DNA of 64,000 nucleotides from Phoronis australis (Eukaryota; Animalia; Phoronida), in the NCBI GenBank assembly GCA_002633005.1, contig NMRA01000476.1:102911-166910 (forward strand), read 5' to 3'. Shown one piece after another: positions 23,854 to 37,900 of this stretch (the stretch's first letter is position 1; every line of letters starts with the position of its first letter). The notes under the pieces are model-generated. The model did no database searches. It had not been told where the DNA came from and saw nothing but the letters and a program-made list of their open reading frames with translations. A program made the position numbers and the translations under genes.

Positions 23854-26800
23854 ATGGCCGATTCAGCCGGACGTACACAGGAGCAGAACCTATGTCACGA
23901 AACACACGTGGAGGGAGCCGAACGGGAAAAGAAACGCAGAGAAATATTGATTGGTGTCGATGGATCTGAACATTCTGAGCGGGCTTTCGATTGTAAGCTA
24001 TTGACTTCTTGGCGTTTGTATTTACACAGTGCTTTGGTCGAGTCATATGCCACGTAAAACAAGCGATTTCTAACCAATCTCAGACCGCAAGTCTACGGTG
24101 TTTTATAGTTCGAGGACAAATCTACCACTGAATGCCTTGTAATAATATTTTGCCTTCGGTAATCGGTAAGAGTACTGACTCTCTCTCTCTCTCTCTCTTA
24201 CTCTGTATCTCGTGACAATATCAGCGTCATCCACGACGGTTCTCGCAGACGAGTAGCACAGTTTACATCGCTAGTAAACGTGTACAATTGGGAATTATTT
24301 CTGCCAACTGATTTATTTTTCTCTGAGTTCATCGGAAGTGACTGCCAACTGTCTGATAGATTGTTTAACAAAATAATTAAGGAAGAACAAACCTCGATGA
24401 GCTTTACAGAATAGGCCTACAAGAATAGGTCTGCGAAATTTTTGGTTGAGCGCTCCCAATATTTCAATGTATTTGAGTAGAGCAGACTTTGAAATGTTGG
24501 TGGTTTTATTCCAGGGTACGCTGCTAATTTACACAAACCCGAAAATGATGTCATAGTGTTCCATGTTCCAGACGCCCCAAGCATAACTGGATATGTAGGC
24601 TTTGGAGGTAGGACAAATTGCGACTGCGCGCTGACAGATTTAAAACTTTGAAATTCATTTACTGCTCCTTTCTGAATTTATAGACATTACTAATTAACTT
24701 CCCATTTATTAATAATAGCGCTAAATGGGAGTGCGCGCGCGCGTGCGTTCGCGTATGAACGCGAAGATATGGATTGCGTATCAAAAACTAAAACGCGAGC
24801 CGGAAATTTTACTTCTTTAAATAGAGCATGAACATGACATCTATCCGGTATTGACAAATTCTCTGAAGATTCGCGCGATGGCATTGCACACACTAATTTC
24901 CTTTAGTGACCGGTGGGAATGTTTTCCACCCAGATGGTAAAGAGCAAAAATTGCAACTTAAAATTACCAAAATTGTGATTGTCATTAAAAATGGTTGTCA
25001 TCGTTAAGGCACCGAAAAGATTGCAGTGCCAGGTGATTGGGAACATAGAACTAGAAAAATAGTTTCCACGGTTACTGAGTACACCCAAAGCAAGTGATAA
25101 TATAGCGTTGTTCTGTATAGGCTTAAGGACGGCAACTAAAGCTCCTTTGGGTTTGTATCAAATCGCATTATATGTTGGAGACAGGTGCACCTCGGTCATG
25201 TCTAAAATTAAGTATTAGAATTCGTTTCAGCTGCCTTCGCTTTTCCTGAAGATGAGTGGAAGCGTGTCTGTCATGAAATCTCAAAAAAAGTTCACAAGTT
25301 ACAAAAACGTTATCAGGAGAAATTGAGGTCCCTTCAGGTGAGTGTTGTGTCGCTCCTTTTCTTATTAGTGGTGATTTATTTCCTGACTTGGCCAAATGGG
25401 AACCTAATGTCTCTGTGTACACATTCCCGTTTTCAGTCTATGCTACAAACTTTGCCGTACAAACTGCTCTCCGTACGACAAGAACACCGGGAGGGGGAGG
25501 GGTACATGTACGTGTTCACTGTTCATTATCTAGTAACGTTAACCTATATGGCCAACATCCATAGTGTTTGTTTAACCCAGAAAATATAGACAACAAACAG
25601 ATCTGATACAGTAATTGGGAAATGATGGGTTTATAATGATTGCTGACAGCTCCTCCTTGTGTCCGTGTTTAAAACACCACAAACGTAAGATGCTATTTAC
25701 ATGCCAAGAATAGTATCATGACACTTGGCTTACCTCAAAATCCAACTTATGCCTGGTGGTTTGGTAATTCGCCAAATACCTAATCACGCGTGCTTTTCAC
25801 GAATTATTCAAAAATGCTATTTACAAACTTTCAAAACGAAAATTCAAAAATATTATAGTTGCTCCCAATGTGTTCATGATGGAATTATTTAGAGAACGAT
25901 AACATCAACAGCGTGCAGCAATTTAACTAACCACAGCAGCATGGTGTCTTTGATCTAAACCGGCAAATTCTGAGGTAGGCAAACCGGTCGAGTTGCCCGG
26001 TTAGGGTCAACGTAGGATTTTTTTCATGAGAAAGGTATTTGCTCTCTACGAATGCCAAGAAATGAAAGTCATGAAATAGGCTGATTAACTGTAACAAACT
26101 TGTCTCAATTTCCCTTGCTCTGATATTAAAAGGTTTTTACTCGCATCAAAACGGATTGAGAGACTAGCTTCAGTTGACACTGATGAAGCAACCCAAGGTT
26201 GGCTAATGCTATCATAAATCTAGGCTGCAATGAATGCTCTGTTTTAAAAAGTTGCATTTCGCCGCTGTTTAGCAGTCAATGTCGATTTTCAACCAAAGAG
26301 CTTGGGATTTAAAACATTTCCAGGCTGACCCAATCTTAAAATGTTGCCGAAAGAGCCGGAAATTCAAGTCACAGGCAATACATCTACATTACATATGTCG
26401 TTTTCAAATCCGCAAATTCTAGGGTTGGTACCCCAATAAACGCCGAAACGTTTTTGGAGTCGCTGATGGTTTCGATGTTCTCGCTGGTAACGGAAATAGA
26501 ATTCTGTTACGATGAGGAATATTATGAGACCGATGCTATGACAGTAAAAGGCTTTATTCTTTTTTATTTTTAGCTAGATAGACAAGGCGAAATGCAACTT
26601 TAATTACAGAAATCATTTTCTATCACGAAAGATTTGAGACATATTGTGCAGAGGTGTGTAATTTACCGTTGGTTGGTTGTTGCACCCTTTATGAGTGCTC
26701 CGAGATGGCGCTGCGAAACAAGTGTTAGTGGTGGTGTATTAGAAGGAAGGGGTCTTAATTGTTTTAATCCTCACTTGATTTTCCTAGATGCATGGTAGAG

Positions 26801-26997
26801 TGGTGGTTTTAAGTGTGGAAGATCCTGCCTGCGAGTATGCGCAGAAACACAACGCGGATTTGATCGTAGTTGGGAGCCGTGGACTAGGCACCATACGGCG
26901 TACGCTGTTGGGTAGTGTCAGCGATTACATTCTGCATCACGCTCACATTCCTGTGCTGGTGGTGCCACCTGAGGAAGGACAAGCGCATCATACGTAA
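23854..26997 (+). CDS. Universal stress protein (UspA domain), paralog 1
   Basis: Exons 23854-23992 (..ILIGVDGSEHSERAFD), 24515-24607 (WYAANLHKPENDVIVFHV), 25231-25337 (helix EDEWKRV..QEKLRSLQ) and 26788-26997 (..DLIVVGSRGLGTIRRTLLGSVSDYILHHAHIPVLVVP). GT-AG introns with phases 1,1,0. ATP-binding G-2x-G-9x-GS motif is intact. Confidence 0.93.
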
Positions 26998-29900
26998 AAG
27001 AGGAATGCTCTGTGGAATGAATCAGTATCTATACGCGTTTTTGTTGATTTTGGTTTTGGCATAATACACTGACTGTTGTGCTCTGTGGACGAATTCCTGG
27101 AAACAGACCATCATTGCAAAACGTGATAGTTCATGTGGCAAGTATGAAAAAAGACTTATCTACTGGCATTGTGCCTGGCCCGATTGCGTCTATGAACTGA
27201 GCATAGCGAGTACACAGCTGCAGTGTGGTGACAATGGATCTGGAATAAGTGGAAGTTTGTGTCCCTTTGCACATTAGCACGAGTGTGACAAGATAAACAG
27301 CATTTTTTATAACCTGATAGCTTAGAAATTAAAACACTGAGTATTTTCGGATACTTCATGAGTAGCTAAAGGGTAAAGAATAAACATTAACAATAATTCA
27401 AGAATACATGTCTCTTGTATGTAGCGTTCACAACGCACCCAGCACACCCACTTAGAATATCTTTATGGCCAGTTGCCAGCATCTTCGCCTGTCAATGTTT
27501 TCATCATTCAACAGTTAATAAGTTCAATTTGTTCTTTATCTGTAATATAATACCATTCTGTGGCACTAACTCCGCCTATAGGCGTGGGCCGGGCGTGGTT
27601 TGTCTGCAACTACCCTTTTGTAGCTATACCGAGTAGACCATCCAACCGGCTACCATGCAGTACTCGAGGCGTGTTCGTTTTCTAAAATATGATACATTTT
27701 TTGTGAAATCGTGGTTGCTTCTTGTGGCGCCCGATGCTCTTCGAATGCACCGTGAATTGTCGAAAGTGGGCCAATGCGCCATACGGGAACTGGCAATTTC
27801 TGCATTGTTAATGTGAAGCGTCCGGATTTTGTTTCCTTCCGTTTCGCAAAACGTCATTAGTTAGATTAAGGTTAAATCAGACCCCTAGAAAATTTTCTAA
27901 ATTTGACTAACCTCGGAGATGGTTCTGGTCGGATGCACGTGAAAGTTGCATACCATGCTTCATATACTATTGTCAAAAACGCTATTTTTAAAACGTTTCA
28001 CTTTTGCTTGAGAGGCTATCAAATATAGGACTTACATAAAGAATTTGCACAAAGCAAAAACGAAATGATATTTTAAAAAACCCTAATAACACTTTTAAGA
28101 TTTCGTCCTGAACATTTTTATCAAATGAAATTTACTCATACTATTTATACTGTTGTTTTTCTAAATTTTACTAACAAGACATAGTCATGTGACACTATTA
28201 ATGATAAATTGATATAAAGTTAAAATGAAAGTCTACAGAGCTTCTACTTTCAGAATTTACTGACAACAGCGTTTGAAATGTGCTGCTATTTTTGCAAATT
28301 AAAAGCAAGATTGCCAGACTTAAAAGGGTAAAAGCTGGTTTTATCAAACAGTGTAAAATCAAAAATGTGCGACACATTTATCAATAGCATATTCTTATTT
28401 GTACTCATGGCAGCGGTAATCAGCTATGTGTTACTTTAGCCTGCTCGGCACAACGAGCACATGCAACGTTTCTGTTCGACACCAAGAAATGGGCAATAAT
28501 CGCTGTAAAATGGTTCCAATAGAAATTAATACCTTTTCAGAATTTTCGTCTTAAGGTTTCAGGTGATGTAAAGTTCATCTAATTAGAATGAAACTATTTG
28601 CCATTTTTGAAATGCGCATTGCATTTCCAAATATGCTCAGAATTTCACCAAACAATATAGCTGTTGACGATAAGATTTCATTGTTCCGCCAAATTGCAAT
28701 AAGCTTCACCAAATAGAGAAAACACACGAACATGTTTCAAGTTTAGTCCAAAGTTAAAAAAGAATGCCCAGCAACGCTTTTTGATCGTGCCTGTAGGGGT
28801 CTCTACATCCGCTTTTGTTAACTAAGTTTAATTTGAATTGAGAAATGATCTCTTTCATTCTGGCTCATGAAGTCGTTCTGGATGAACAGTGTTTTTTTAT
28901 CAATTTCTGTATGAATATAAAAGTCTATGTTCAGGAAAATACAGTTAAAATACTGTCCTGAAGCGCACACAATGCCAAGAAGCACATTGAAAAAGACATT
29001 GGATCATGACCGGTCCCGCTCCTGCACCCCATCTATGATGCCAGGACATCTTTCCAGTATGTGGTCGCATTCAGACCCGTAACCTGTTTGTGAAGCGTCG
29101 CCTTTATCTGGATTTAGTGTGGGGTTCCTATACATGCGAGCACCCATTCTTAAAAATGGGGGGCTTCAAGTTTTGAGAATTTTAGTAAGATTCACGGTGT
29201 ACGTTCAGATAGCAACGAATTGTACATTCGCCGAATTTTGGTAGTTCCTGCCTTTTTAGTAGACTTTTTCTCGTTTTCTACTTTTTTCGGAATTTCAGTG
29301 TTTCTGAAGCGGACCTTTTTTGCCCACTTTGCCAAATGAGGGGGCTCGTTCGAGCCCCCGAGCCCCCTATGTGCAAAGCAGTAATTGAGTTAGATCTGAG
29401 TTGTGTGTACCCGCGTGGGGATTTTAAATGTCATTGCAAGTAATTTAAAGGCGACAAAATCACGTCCGTGAAATTGAAAAAGAGAAGTCAATTTGAATAC
29501 GTTTTGTGAGAAACCCGTTATGAGCCTATTTACCCTCCTTCGCCACTGAACACTAGCGTGAAATATACGTGCGAAGTGTTCTCTCATGCATTGGTGGCTT
29601 CTAGTAGTCCCATAACGTGTAACAAATAGCGTGCATCTGTCCGCCAAGGAGGCTTTTCCCAGCTGCTGAGCTTGTCAGCGTACAAGAAGTTTACCAACGC
29701 AAAGGCCCACACTTCAGCCCCTGTGCAAGAAAAAGTCGAACTGCAACTGACAAAGGTAATGAAACTTTTACCACCAATTCATGATAGTGCGATTTAGAAC
29801 AGTTGATCTTTTAACCTCAGTGAGAAAATTATTGACTATAATTCCAATCGAATGCATAATGGTGATATTAAATATCTGATTGACTCTTCAAGGTCAGCGA

Positions 29901-30026
29901 TAACTGCTCGGCATGTAGTGCAGCACGATTTTGAGTTGGTTTCACTATCACAAACCAATCATGTAGCGTTAACGTGTTCCGCTACTGCTATGAAAATTGT
30001 GTCACAGTGATTGTGTCACAGAGAGA

Positions 30027-30034
30027 TATAAAAA
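30027..30034 (+). promoter_or_regulatory. Putative TATA box of USP paralog 2
   Basis: TATAAAAA ~95 bp upstream of the ATG at 30123, with CCAAT at ~29955. Confidence 0.55.
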
Positions 30035-30122
30035 GCACGGCTCGACATAAACGTCCTGCGCTGATACTAAGTCTGGCGGGTCGCTTGTGACTTAATGTAA
30101 AGCTCAAAGTTTGAGGGACGAC

Positions 30123-32865
30123 ATGCCTGCCGACAATGTTCTTATTGCTGTAGACGGAAGTGGTATTTCTGAACGAGCCGTAGAATGTACGTAAGCTACT
30201 CACATCTAAATTTAGTATTGTGTGAACGCTGAAAATGACCCGAAAATGTATACGGTATTATGCTGTTGTAATACTTGTACTGCATGTGACTTGACACATT
30301 ACAGGGTGTTTGTTCCTGGTGTTTGTACGTGTTGGTAACCCGTCTAACACTCATTTGAAAGGTTCGTCTCAATTCATAGAACTGTAATAACAAAAAAATG
30401 AGTTTGGACCCTTTACGTATCTCATTTGAAAGGTTCATTTCAATTCATATAGCCGTAATAACAAAGAATGAGTTGGAGGACCTTTTACGAATCTCATTTT
30501 AAAAAAGTGACAATACTATCCAGTGTTTGATGTCTTCGACGAATTCTGAAGAATATGGAACTATAGCATTCAGTCTTTGACACGTTACTACAGTGTATTC
30601 CCTTGGCCTGCGAGAGGAACGCTCCCGTCCCCTTAGACAAATCTTATTGATTTGTCTAATGGTTTACATTGACTATTTTTAAAGCCAATTACAACCCTCA
30701 CTTATAAACCTGAATTGTGGCGTATAATTGTAGATGGTTCGCCGTTTCTATAACACAAAATGTGACTCGTGGTAAGAGAAACTGGAATTTCTCTCACGGC
30801 GGAACAGGCCACCAAAATTTTGGGTGTCAAAAATCTTCAGCAAAGCACTCACTAGATCAAAATATCAGGGAATGGTCTCACTGGGAACCAATGGTGCATT
30901 CAAGGAATTCCAACGTGAAGGAAAGTCTGTTTTGANNNNNNNNNNNNNNNNNNNNNNNNNNNNNNNNNNNNNNNNNNNNNNGCGCAGCACTGAAATAAGT
31001 GGAGGAGCTATAGCCCCATCCCTCTATGGTGCGCCGCCTTGTCACCATGGGAGGTGCAGCACTGAAATAAGTGAGGTTTTAGCCCCTCCATCCCCTATGG
31101 TGCGCCACCCATTTGCGTATTTTCAGTGCTGTAGTGGTGCGTAAGCGCACGTAGGCGCAGCCAACCACCTTTTGGCATTTGAACGTAGCGCCTACGCACC
31201 GTAAGTAACGTTCAGTGCTCAAGGTGATACGGTGGGCTTTGTGCGCCTACTTACCTCTACTTTACCACTACAGCACTGGACAAAAATGAAAGGGAAGTAA
31301 TTGCAGTTTTGCAATGTGTTTATACCCACGCTATTGTTCACCCCTTGTCCATGCAATTTGTTTAGTATGCTTTGTTTAATCAATGAAAAAGTAAATGGGT
31401 TAAGTATTCCCATTATTGGGTCATCGCCTGTCCCATGATCGTCTACACGTATTGACTAATCAATAACGTGGACCATTCGAGGCATCGGCACTATACTGGT
31501 GCACTTCATGTAGGACGGGGTCGGGGCATGCCACCAACAATTTTACAGCGTTTAATTGACTGCTACCCGAAACTTGCTTTCATAAATCTTTGGTGAAAGC
31601 TTATTTGATTTATTTCAGGGTTCGCATCTCACATGTACAAACCAGATCAACAGGTAACACTTCTACACGTGGCGGTTCCTCCTCACTTACATGGTTACGC
31701 AGCCATGGGGGGTAATATATTTCATATAACTTGATAAGATTATGATTAAAACAGAAGACATAGTATGCTTCTTTGAATAAAAACAAGTGGCAGGCGTCTC
31801 ATTGTCAGAAAAAGTGGCTTCAGTTGAAATTGCAATTGTTTTGTTGACAAGAGCTAGCCGTTGATTGGTGTTGGTGCCAAATGTCACAGACGTAACAAGT
31901 AAAAAGTCTGGCACTGTTCCCAACATGTCTTTTCTCGTGATCACTGTGCGTTGTAACTCGTGATGCACTTGGTACTATATCCTTGTCATTACGGTCATTG
32001 ATACTTTTGCAGCCGCCTGTTCGATGCCAGTTGACGAAGTTAGCCGAACGATTCACGAGCACGTACGAATTGTGAAGAAACTTGAAGAAGTTTTTGAAGG
32101 CAAATTGCGGGATTTGGGGGTAAATGATTTTCCTAGCTAACGCACTCTGGATAAGGAAAACGTATTCTTTTTTTAAATAGGAAAATGTTCGGTGACAAGT
32201 AACTGTAAGCCATGAACTGTTTCCATGTAGACCCGGACAAATTTCGCGGGAAAGCTAACGTTTTCCTTTGTTGGTCTTCGGATGGTATTCAACGTTTACA
32301 ACTCAGCAACAACGTAAACGATATTGGACGAGCTTATACCAAGAAAATTGATAAAAAGTTTCGTTGAAGTGCATTTTATATTCATGTTCAATTCTAGCTA
32401 ACCAAAGAGCGGCACCGAGGTGAAACCAGAGTCGTCTCGTTATCTTGAGCTTGAAAAACAATGCTCGAGAGTGGGCTCTAGTTTGACTTATAATTGTTAC
32501 GAGTCAAAAACAAAAGTGAAACCGGAGAGCAGCCGATGATAAACGATGCCATTCATTTATAGGACTTAATGAGTGTTAATTTAGTACTTGGGATGAGGAG
32601 AGGGGAACCGCGTAACGGCAGGTATATTTTTACTCAAAAATGAAACTTCATCTTGCAGGTGACTGGGCGCGTCGTCGCCGTTGGACATCATAACCCATGC
32701 GACGCTATTGTTCGGTATGCAGAAGATAATAACATGGGACTGGTTGTGCTGGGAAGTCGCGGTCACGGAACCATCAGAAGGACTCTTATGGGCAGCGTCA
32801 GTTCGTATTGCCTTCATCACTGTTCCATGCCGGTGGTCATAATACCGCCTCAACACAGATATTAA
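30123..32865 (+). CDS. Universal stress protein (UspA domain), paralog 2
   Basis: Exons 30123-30186 (MPADNVLIAVDGSGISERAVE), 31619-31711 (WFASHMYKPDQQVTLLHV), 32013-32119 and 32659-32865 (..LVVLGSRGHGTIRRTLMGSVSSYCLHHCSMPVVIIP). Same intron positions and phases as paralog 1. Confidence 0.93.
30982..31112. repeat. Two tandem fragments of a dispersed MITE-like repeat (related copy inverted at ~61114-61170)
   Basis: AGCACTGAAATAAGTG..TAGCCCC..CCCCTATGGTGCGCC occurs twice. The reverse complement GGCGCACCATAGGGGGCTGGGGGCTATAGCCCCAC..TTCAGTGCT is at ~61120. Confidence 0.6.
31124..31278. mobile_element. hAT-like MITE (155 bp)
   Basis: 15 bp TIR CAGTGCTGTAGTGGT / ACCACTACAGCACTG. No clear TSD. Confidence 0.6.
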
Positions 32866-35800
32866 GAAGTCAAACGCGCGGGTTTGACGGGCGTCCTCCC
32901 TACTGCACGATATTTGACACAAAGCGACATTTTCTGGTACTCTGTCACAAAGTCACTGAGGACATGTCAGGTGACTTCCCAATGTTCATTTGTTAAGCTT
33001 TGTTCGGGCTAACCGGCTAAAATACCTTACATTAGTAAGTGAACTAATTATTCCCTCAATAGCAGGCGCTTAACACACTATGACAATATTGTGTGCATAC
33101 AATTTTGAGGTAAGCATTAGCATGAGGGTTGATTTGTACGGACTGGCGCCAACCTAGTGGACAAACATAAACTCATCGCAGGATTTCTTCTTCAAAACTT
33201 CATCTTCACCCTTTTTAAGAGATACCGTGAACTGCCCAACTGTGCCGTTGCTACTTAAAGTACTAATGCATGTCCGAACGGGGGGGGGGGNNNNNNNNNN
33301 NNNNNNNNNNNNNNNNNNNNNNNNNNNNNNNNNCCCCCCATTTGGCGAAGTGGGTAAAAATGTCCGCATCAGACAAATAAAAAGTCCGAAAAGTAGAAAA
33401 TGAGACAAATGTGTTTTTTATATTTTTTTATTGTTTATTAAAAGGTCCACATTCCCAAAAATTCGAACCCCCCCTTTTTATTTGCGCGCATGTAATGTCG
33501 AACAAATATGGAACGTCGTCAAATTGCTAAATAAGAGTTGTCACGGTTTGTTTCGGCTACCCGATGCGGCAATATGGAGTTCCAAATGCCAGGAGCTCAA
33601 GAGTGTGGGACTTTAGTATTCGACCAACATATAGGTCTACTATAAAGGACTATTGTAACCATTGTAACTATCTGTTGAGACTTCAGAATTTCATCTTCAA
33701 GGGCATCGCATTAATGACCGCCGTTATTTGGATTAATATGCGATTAAATGGCTTCTTCATATTATGTACAACTGTATCTACTTGTAGTGCTGATTTAGTT
33801 GCAATATTTCTGTTTCACCTGATACTTAAAGAGGTAACCCGTGATTTCTGTCAAAAAGGTTTTATTTAGGCCACTTATCCTTATGAAATTGGTCTCGAAT
33901 TTGTCCCTTAGTCGCAATATTTGTGATTTCTTTGGTTGTAATAAAAAGAATTGGCAGTCGTTATTTCTTCAGACCAAGCGTCGTGACATGAAATTTTATG
34001 AACTTGCCCTGTAGTTCTTCACCCAACCCAGAGATCACTTTGTAGTTGAGTAATGAAGAACAAGGCAAGACTAACTTCATAACAGCAACAAATGCCACTT
34101 TAAAACGCAAATTATTAACTTAATATCAATGGTACTCTGGCACACGCAAAAACATGTCCCAAACTTCTTCACAATATAAGCACCATGATTCAGGTAAAAC
34201 GAGTATAAAAAAAACATCAATTTTTACAGAATTGGCCAACTTCAACAAAACTGGAATGATATCCCAATAATATAACTATCGACTGACACTTAACATGAAC
34301 GGCAAGGGAAATTTTTGATTCGGTTTGTTATACGGTCTGTCTAAAATACGATTTTCAGGTTTAGGTGGTAAGCAGGGTGGGACTTACTCGGCCTCTTTCT
34401 AAAAGGTTTTCAAAAACGTTTAGAATCAGTACTTGTTCAACACTGAGATGTCTTAGCTTCGAGAAAGCAAGTTAGTCCTACAACTTCAGCAGCGTTCGTG
34501 AAATACAAATGTAGCAAACTCGGCGTGGAATGACCAATGGCAAAGGGGAGGAACAGTTTCCACGTGACTATCGTTCCACAAATAAATAGGTTTGTGAGAT
34601 AGAAATATTTTTTGCGTTTTAAAATTTAACTGAAATAAACGTCTTTGCACGAATAGAGTGAAAATAAAGATAAAAAAGAGACGAGAAATGAGGAAACTGG
34701 AAATCAAATAAGAGGAAAGCCATATTCAGGCAGTATTGCTTTTAGGAAAACTTCAACACAAACTCGTTTACTTCATAGGCCCTACTTAAGGTTGTTTGCG
34801 AAAAAGGCCTACTATTCTGGCGAGCGTTGCACCCGCCCAAGCCAAAAATCCAGTTTTTATTTCAGGCAGACTGTGAAATTTTGGGTTCATTTTTGTTAAT
34901 AATATATTTTAACACAACACAAACTAGTCGCATGTTTAGTTATTGCTGTCTCGGGAGACAAATTTTCGACGACGCGTTTCTTTACCAACTCCACAACTAC
35001 ACCAAACTGCAGTCACTGCACGAATGCTTCCCATGCAAAGCATGGCGAAGACTAAGAGCTATGTGCTCAGGACAAATGCGTCAAATGCCAGTAAGCTAAG
35101 AATACAGCTTGGTGCTGGTTACCCGCACAAAAAGGAAAATGATCAGTGAATTTTCCAATTGGGCTTGTTTATTCCATTGGTTTTTTTTATTTTCACCCTT
35201 GCCTATGACTACTGGCATTTGAGGTAATAATGGACTCAGTGCATATATCTTCATCTAGTATGGTCAGCCTATCAAATGTATGACTGAACACATACATTTA
35301 GGCACCATGACTGACAAGGTTCCAAGCGTGAGACCGCTTAAAATGAAAACTGTAGCAGTTGTTTTATCACAATCATTCCGCCAAAGTAATGGAAACAAAT
35401 CGCTCAACTGTGATTCACTTCCATTTCAGCAAAGGTTAGTCCTACCCTATTATACCATATTTACCATTTTGAGGAATTGTATACCAGTCAAAATGTAAAA
35501 CATGATTGTCTTACCTATCACAATATAAAATGTACCTGAATGTTGCAAAATTGTATTTGTACAGACCCTAGACACCTCCGACAAACAAAACGACTGCATT
35601 TTCTCCAGTTTTAATTTCTTTTGCCACTGTACAACAGTGCTATAATCATTAAACAAATGCCCAAGTGATCGAAATACCTGAAGTGCTCCACACCCATGAC
35701 GAGAAATTGGCCACCTGGTTGAAGGTTACAGAACAATTTAGTCACAAACATGACCGCCAAGTTACAACTTTCTACAAGAGTGTAACCCAAGGGAGCTAAG

Positions 35801-37900
35801 AGAAACAAAATTACTATCCTTTGAAAATAAACAAGATATATGATTTACCTCTGCTTATGAGCTACTACTACTACAAATGTTAGACAGTATAGTCTCTAGG
35901 TGGTCAGAATTTAGTGGCAGGTGACTTCAAAAGAAATTCACTGTCGACTGATAATTTGTTGCATCAAAAAAGAACAATTCAAGCGCCCATCCTACAAGGT
36001 CCCACTTTGGTTTAAACATTTGCAATGTATTCATAAATCACAAAACGTTCATTTCGGGAATCCGTAGGTGGCCTACAAAACTGTACATGAATTTTTTAAC
36101 AATCCATAGGTAACAAATACACCAATGGAGGTATATACAATGAGAATTCACAACAATAAGGGTGACAATCTATACATCAACTGAACTGACCCAATGGCAG
36201 GTTAGTGGCACAACTACACACCGTGGAACTTTGTTTGTTTACAAACATTGATAACAGATACTGGTTAGATGTACAATTCAGTATAAGCATAATTCTGTGC
36301 GACTAAAACAGAAGAACGCAAAAAGACCATTCTACTCACAACTTTTGTACATCACAGACTGTTTCAGAAAAACTGAAATTTTGTCCTACTCTCCCACTTC
36401 GTCATAATCACAGAATAATTTTTTTATCATGTAATTATTATGCACATCACAGCTTAGCAATAATTTACATGAAATTATCAGATAAACTATCATTTACAGG
36501 TATATTCTCAAATACTTTGAACCTTGCCGAAATGAGATCAAATAATTTTTCAGAAACAGTTACGCAGTGTGCAAGACTAAATTTCTGACAAGCTACGTTT
36601 CCTGAAAAAATCTCCGGATAAGTAAAAGCTGAAAATCAAACTAGCTATCAAGATGGAGTACAATGTTACCCAGATGACTCCACTAGTCATCGTTTCAGAG
36701 GTGCATTCAATGAATGGTATCTTTTAATGACTAGGTATCAGGTAGTACACGAGTACTCGGAGCAATTACAACACTCTGTGTTTACACTTCCATATTTACA
36801 GGCACAACATTTATACATCAGAAAACATCACGTTCACTTCAGCCACCATTCGTTTTACATTCAGTTCAAATAAAGATGCAAAATTGTACATGAATAAATA
36901 TTGCACTTCAAGTAACCTAGTAACAGTTTTGGCAATGAAATGTCACACATGTACAGTCACAGCTCATTACAACCAGCATCATGGCACATTTGAAATCAGT
37001 ACCGACATAGTAATGATAGTTTGTTGTAATCAGTGTAGACTTAAAATACATTTGGAACAATCCGGTCTTGAAAGCTTTCACGATATATTGCTGCTCACAT
37101 TCCAAATAGGGAACATTGTAATGAGGTTCCACTGTAATTTAATTTGCTTCTTCAGCTTGAAACTAAGACAAACATAAAATAGCACACATTTGTAAATTTT
37201 TGTATTCGGTTGGTGGTATATTACATTATGTACAAGCCTGGAAAAGTTGTAATAAGTTACACAGGAAACTACACAAATGCAACAGTAATCTCTCCTCAAA
37301 ACAAATTTTCCTCATTCATAAACACCAAAACTAGCGGGAATTCCTTTGTTTTCAACCGAACACATGGCGTCTCAAAAAGAAATAAGAAATTGATCGAAGG
37401 CAAATCCAAAGAGCTCCTGAAACAGTAATCCGAAATCAGGCACATTTGAAGTTGATGGCAAACAAAAAAATGAGAAACATGAGCTTCTTGCGCAAAAAAA
37501 ACAGGCAACATCTTGAAATTTCTTTAATTTCAACACTGAAAACAAATATGTTTTTTTTAAAGAAGTTAAATTAAACATCACCCAAACACTAAAATGGGAA
37601 TTTCAGTCACACTCCAAGAATTCAAAGAGAGATTACTGCAAATAGTAGCTTTGCTTCAAAGAAACGTTACAGCCGATAAGTGCTTACAATGTATAGAAAG
37701 ACTTCATTAAAGATTAAAACTTACAAGCTTTTACAAACAATGTGAATTTAAACATTCCATCGTTAACGGAAGTCCCAGTATGACTCGAGCATTGAAGGAA
37801 TAGATCAAGATCAGGCAAGATCTGATCCGTGCAGATAATTGGTAACAGTTGTGTACCAATAAAATGGCATGCAGTACAGTCCAGTTGGAGGGATAAACAA

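Noticed and set aside
25245-25278. Hammerhead-like CTGAAGATGAG...GAAA
   Set aside because: It lies inside USP exon 3 coding sequence (PEDEWKRVCHE) and has no convincing stems.
27866-28805. Kolobok-like MITE (TTAAGG..AGACCCCTA / TAGGGGTCT)
   Set aside because: Only a 9 bp inverted match and no right-hand TTAA, so support is insufficient.
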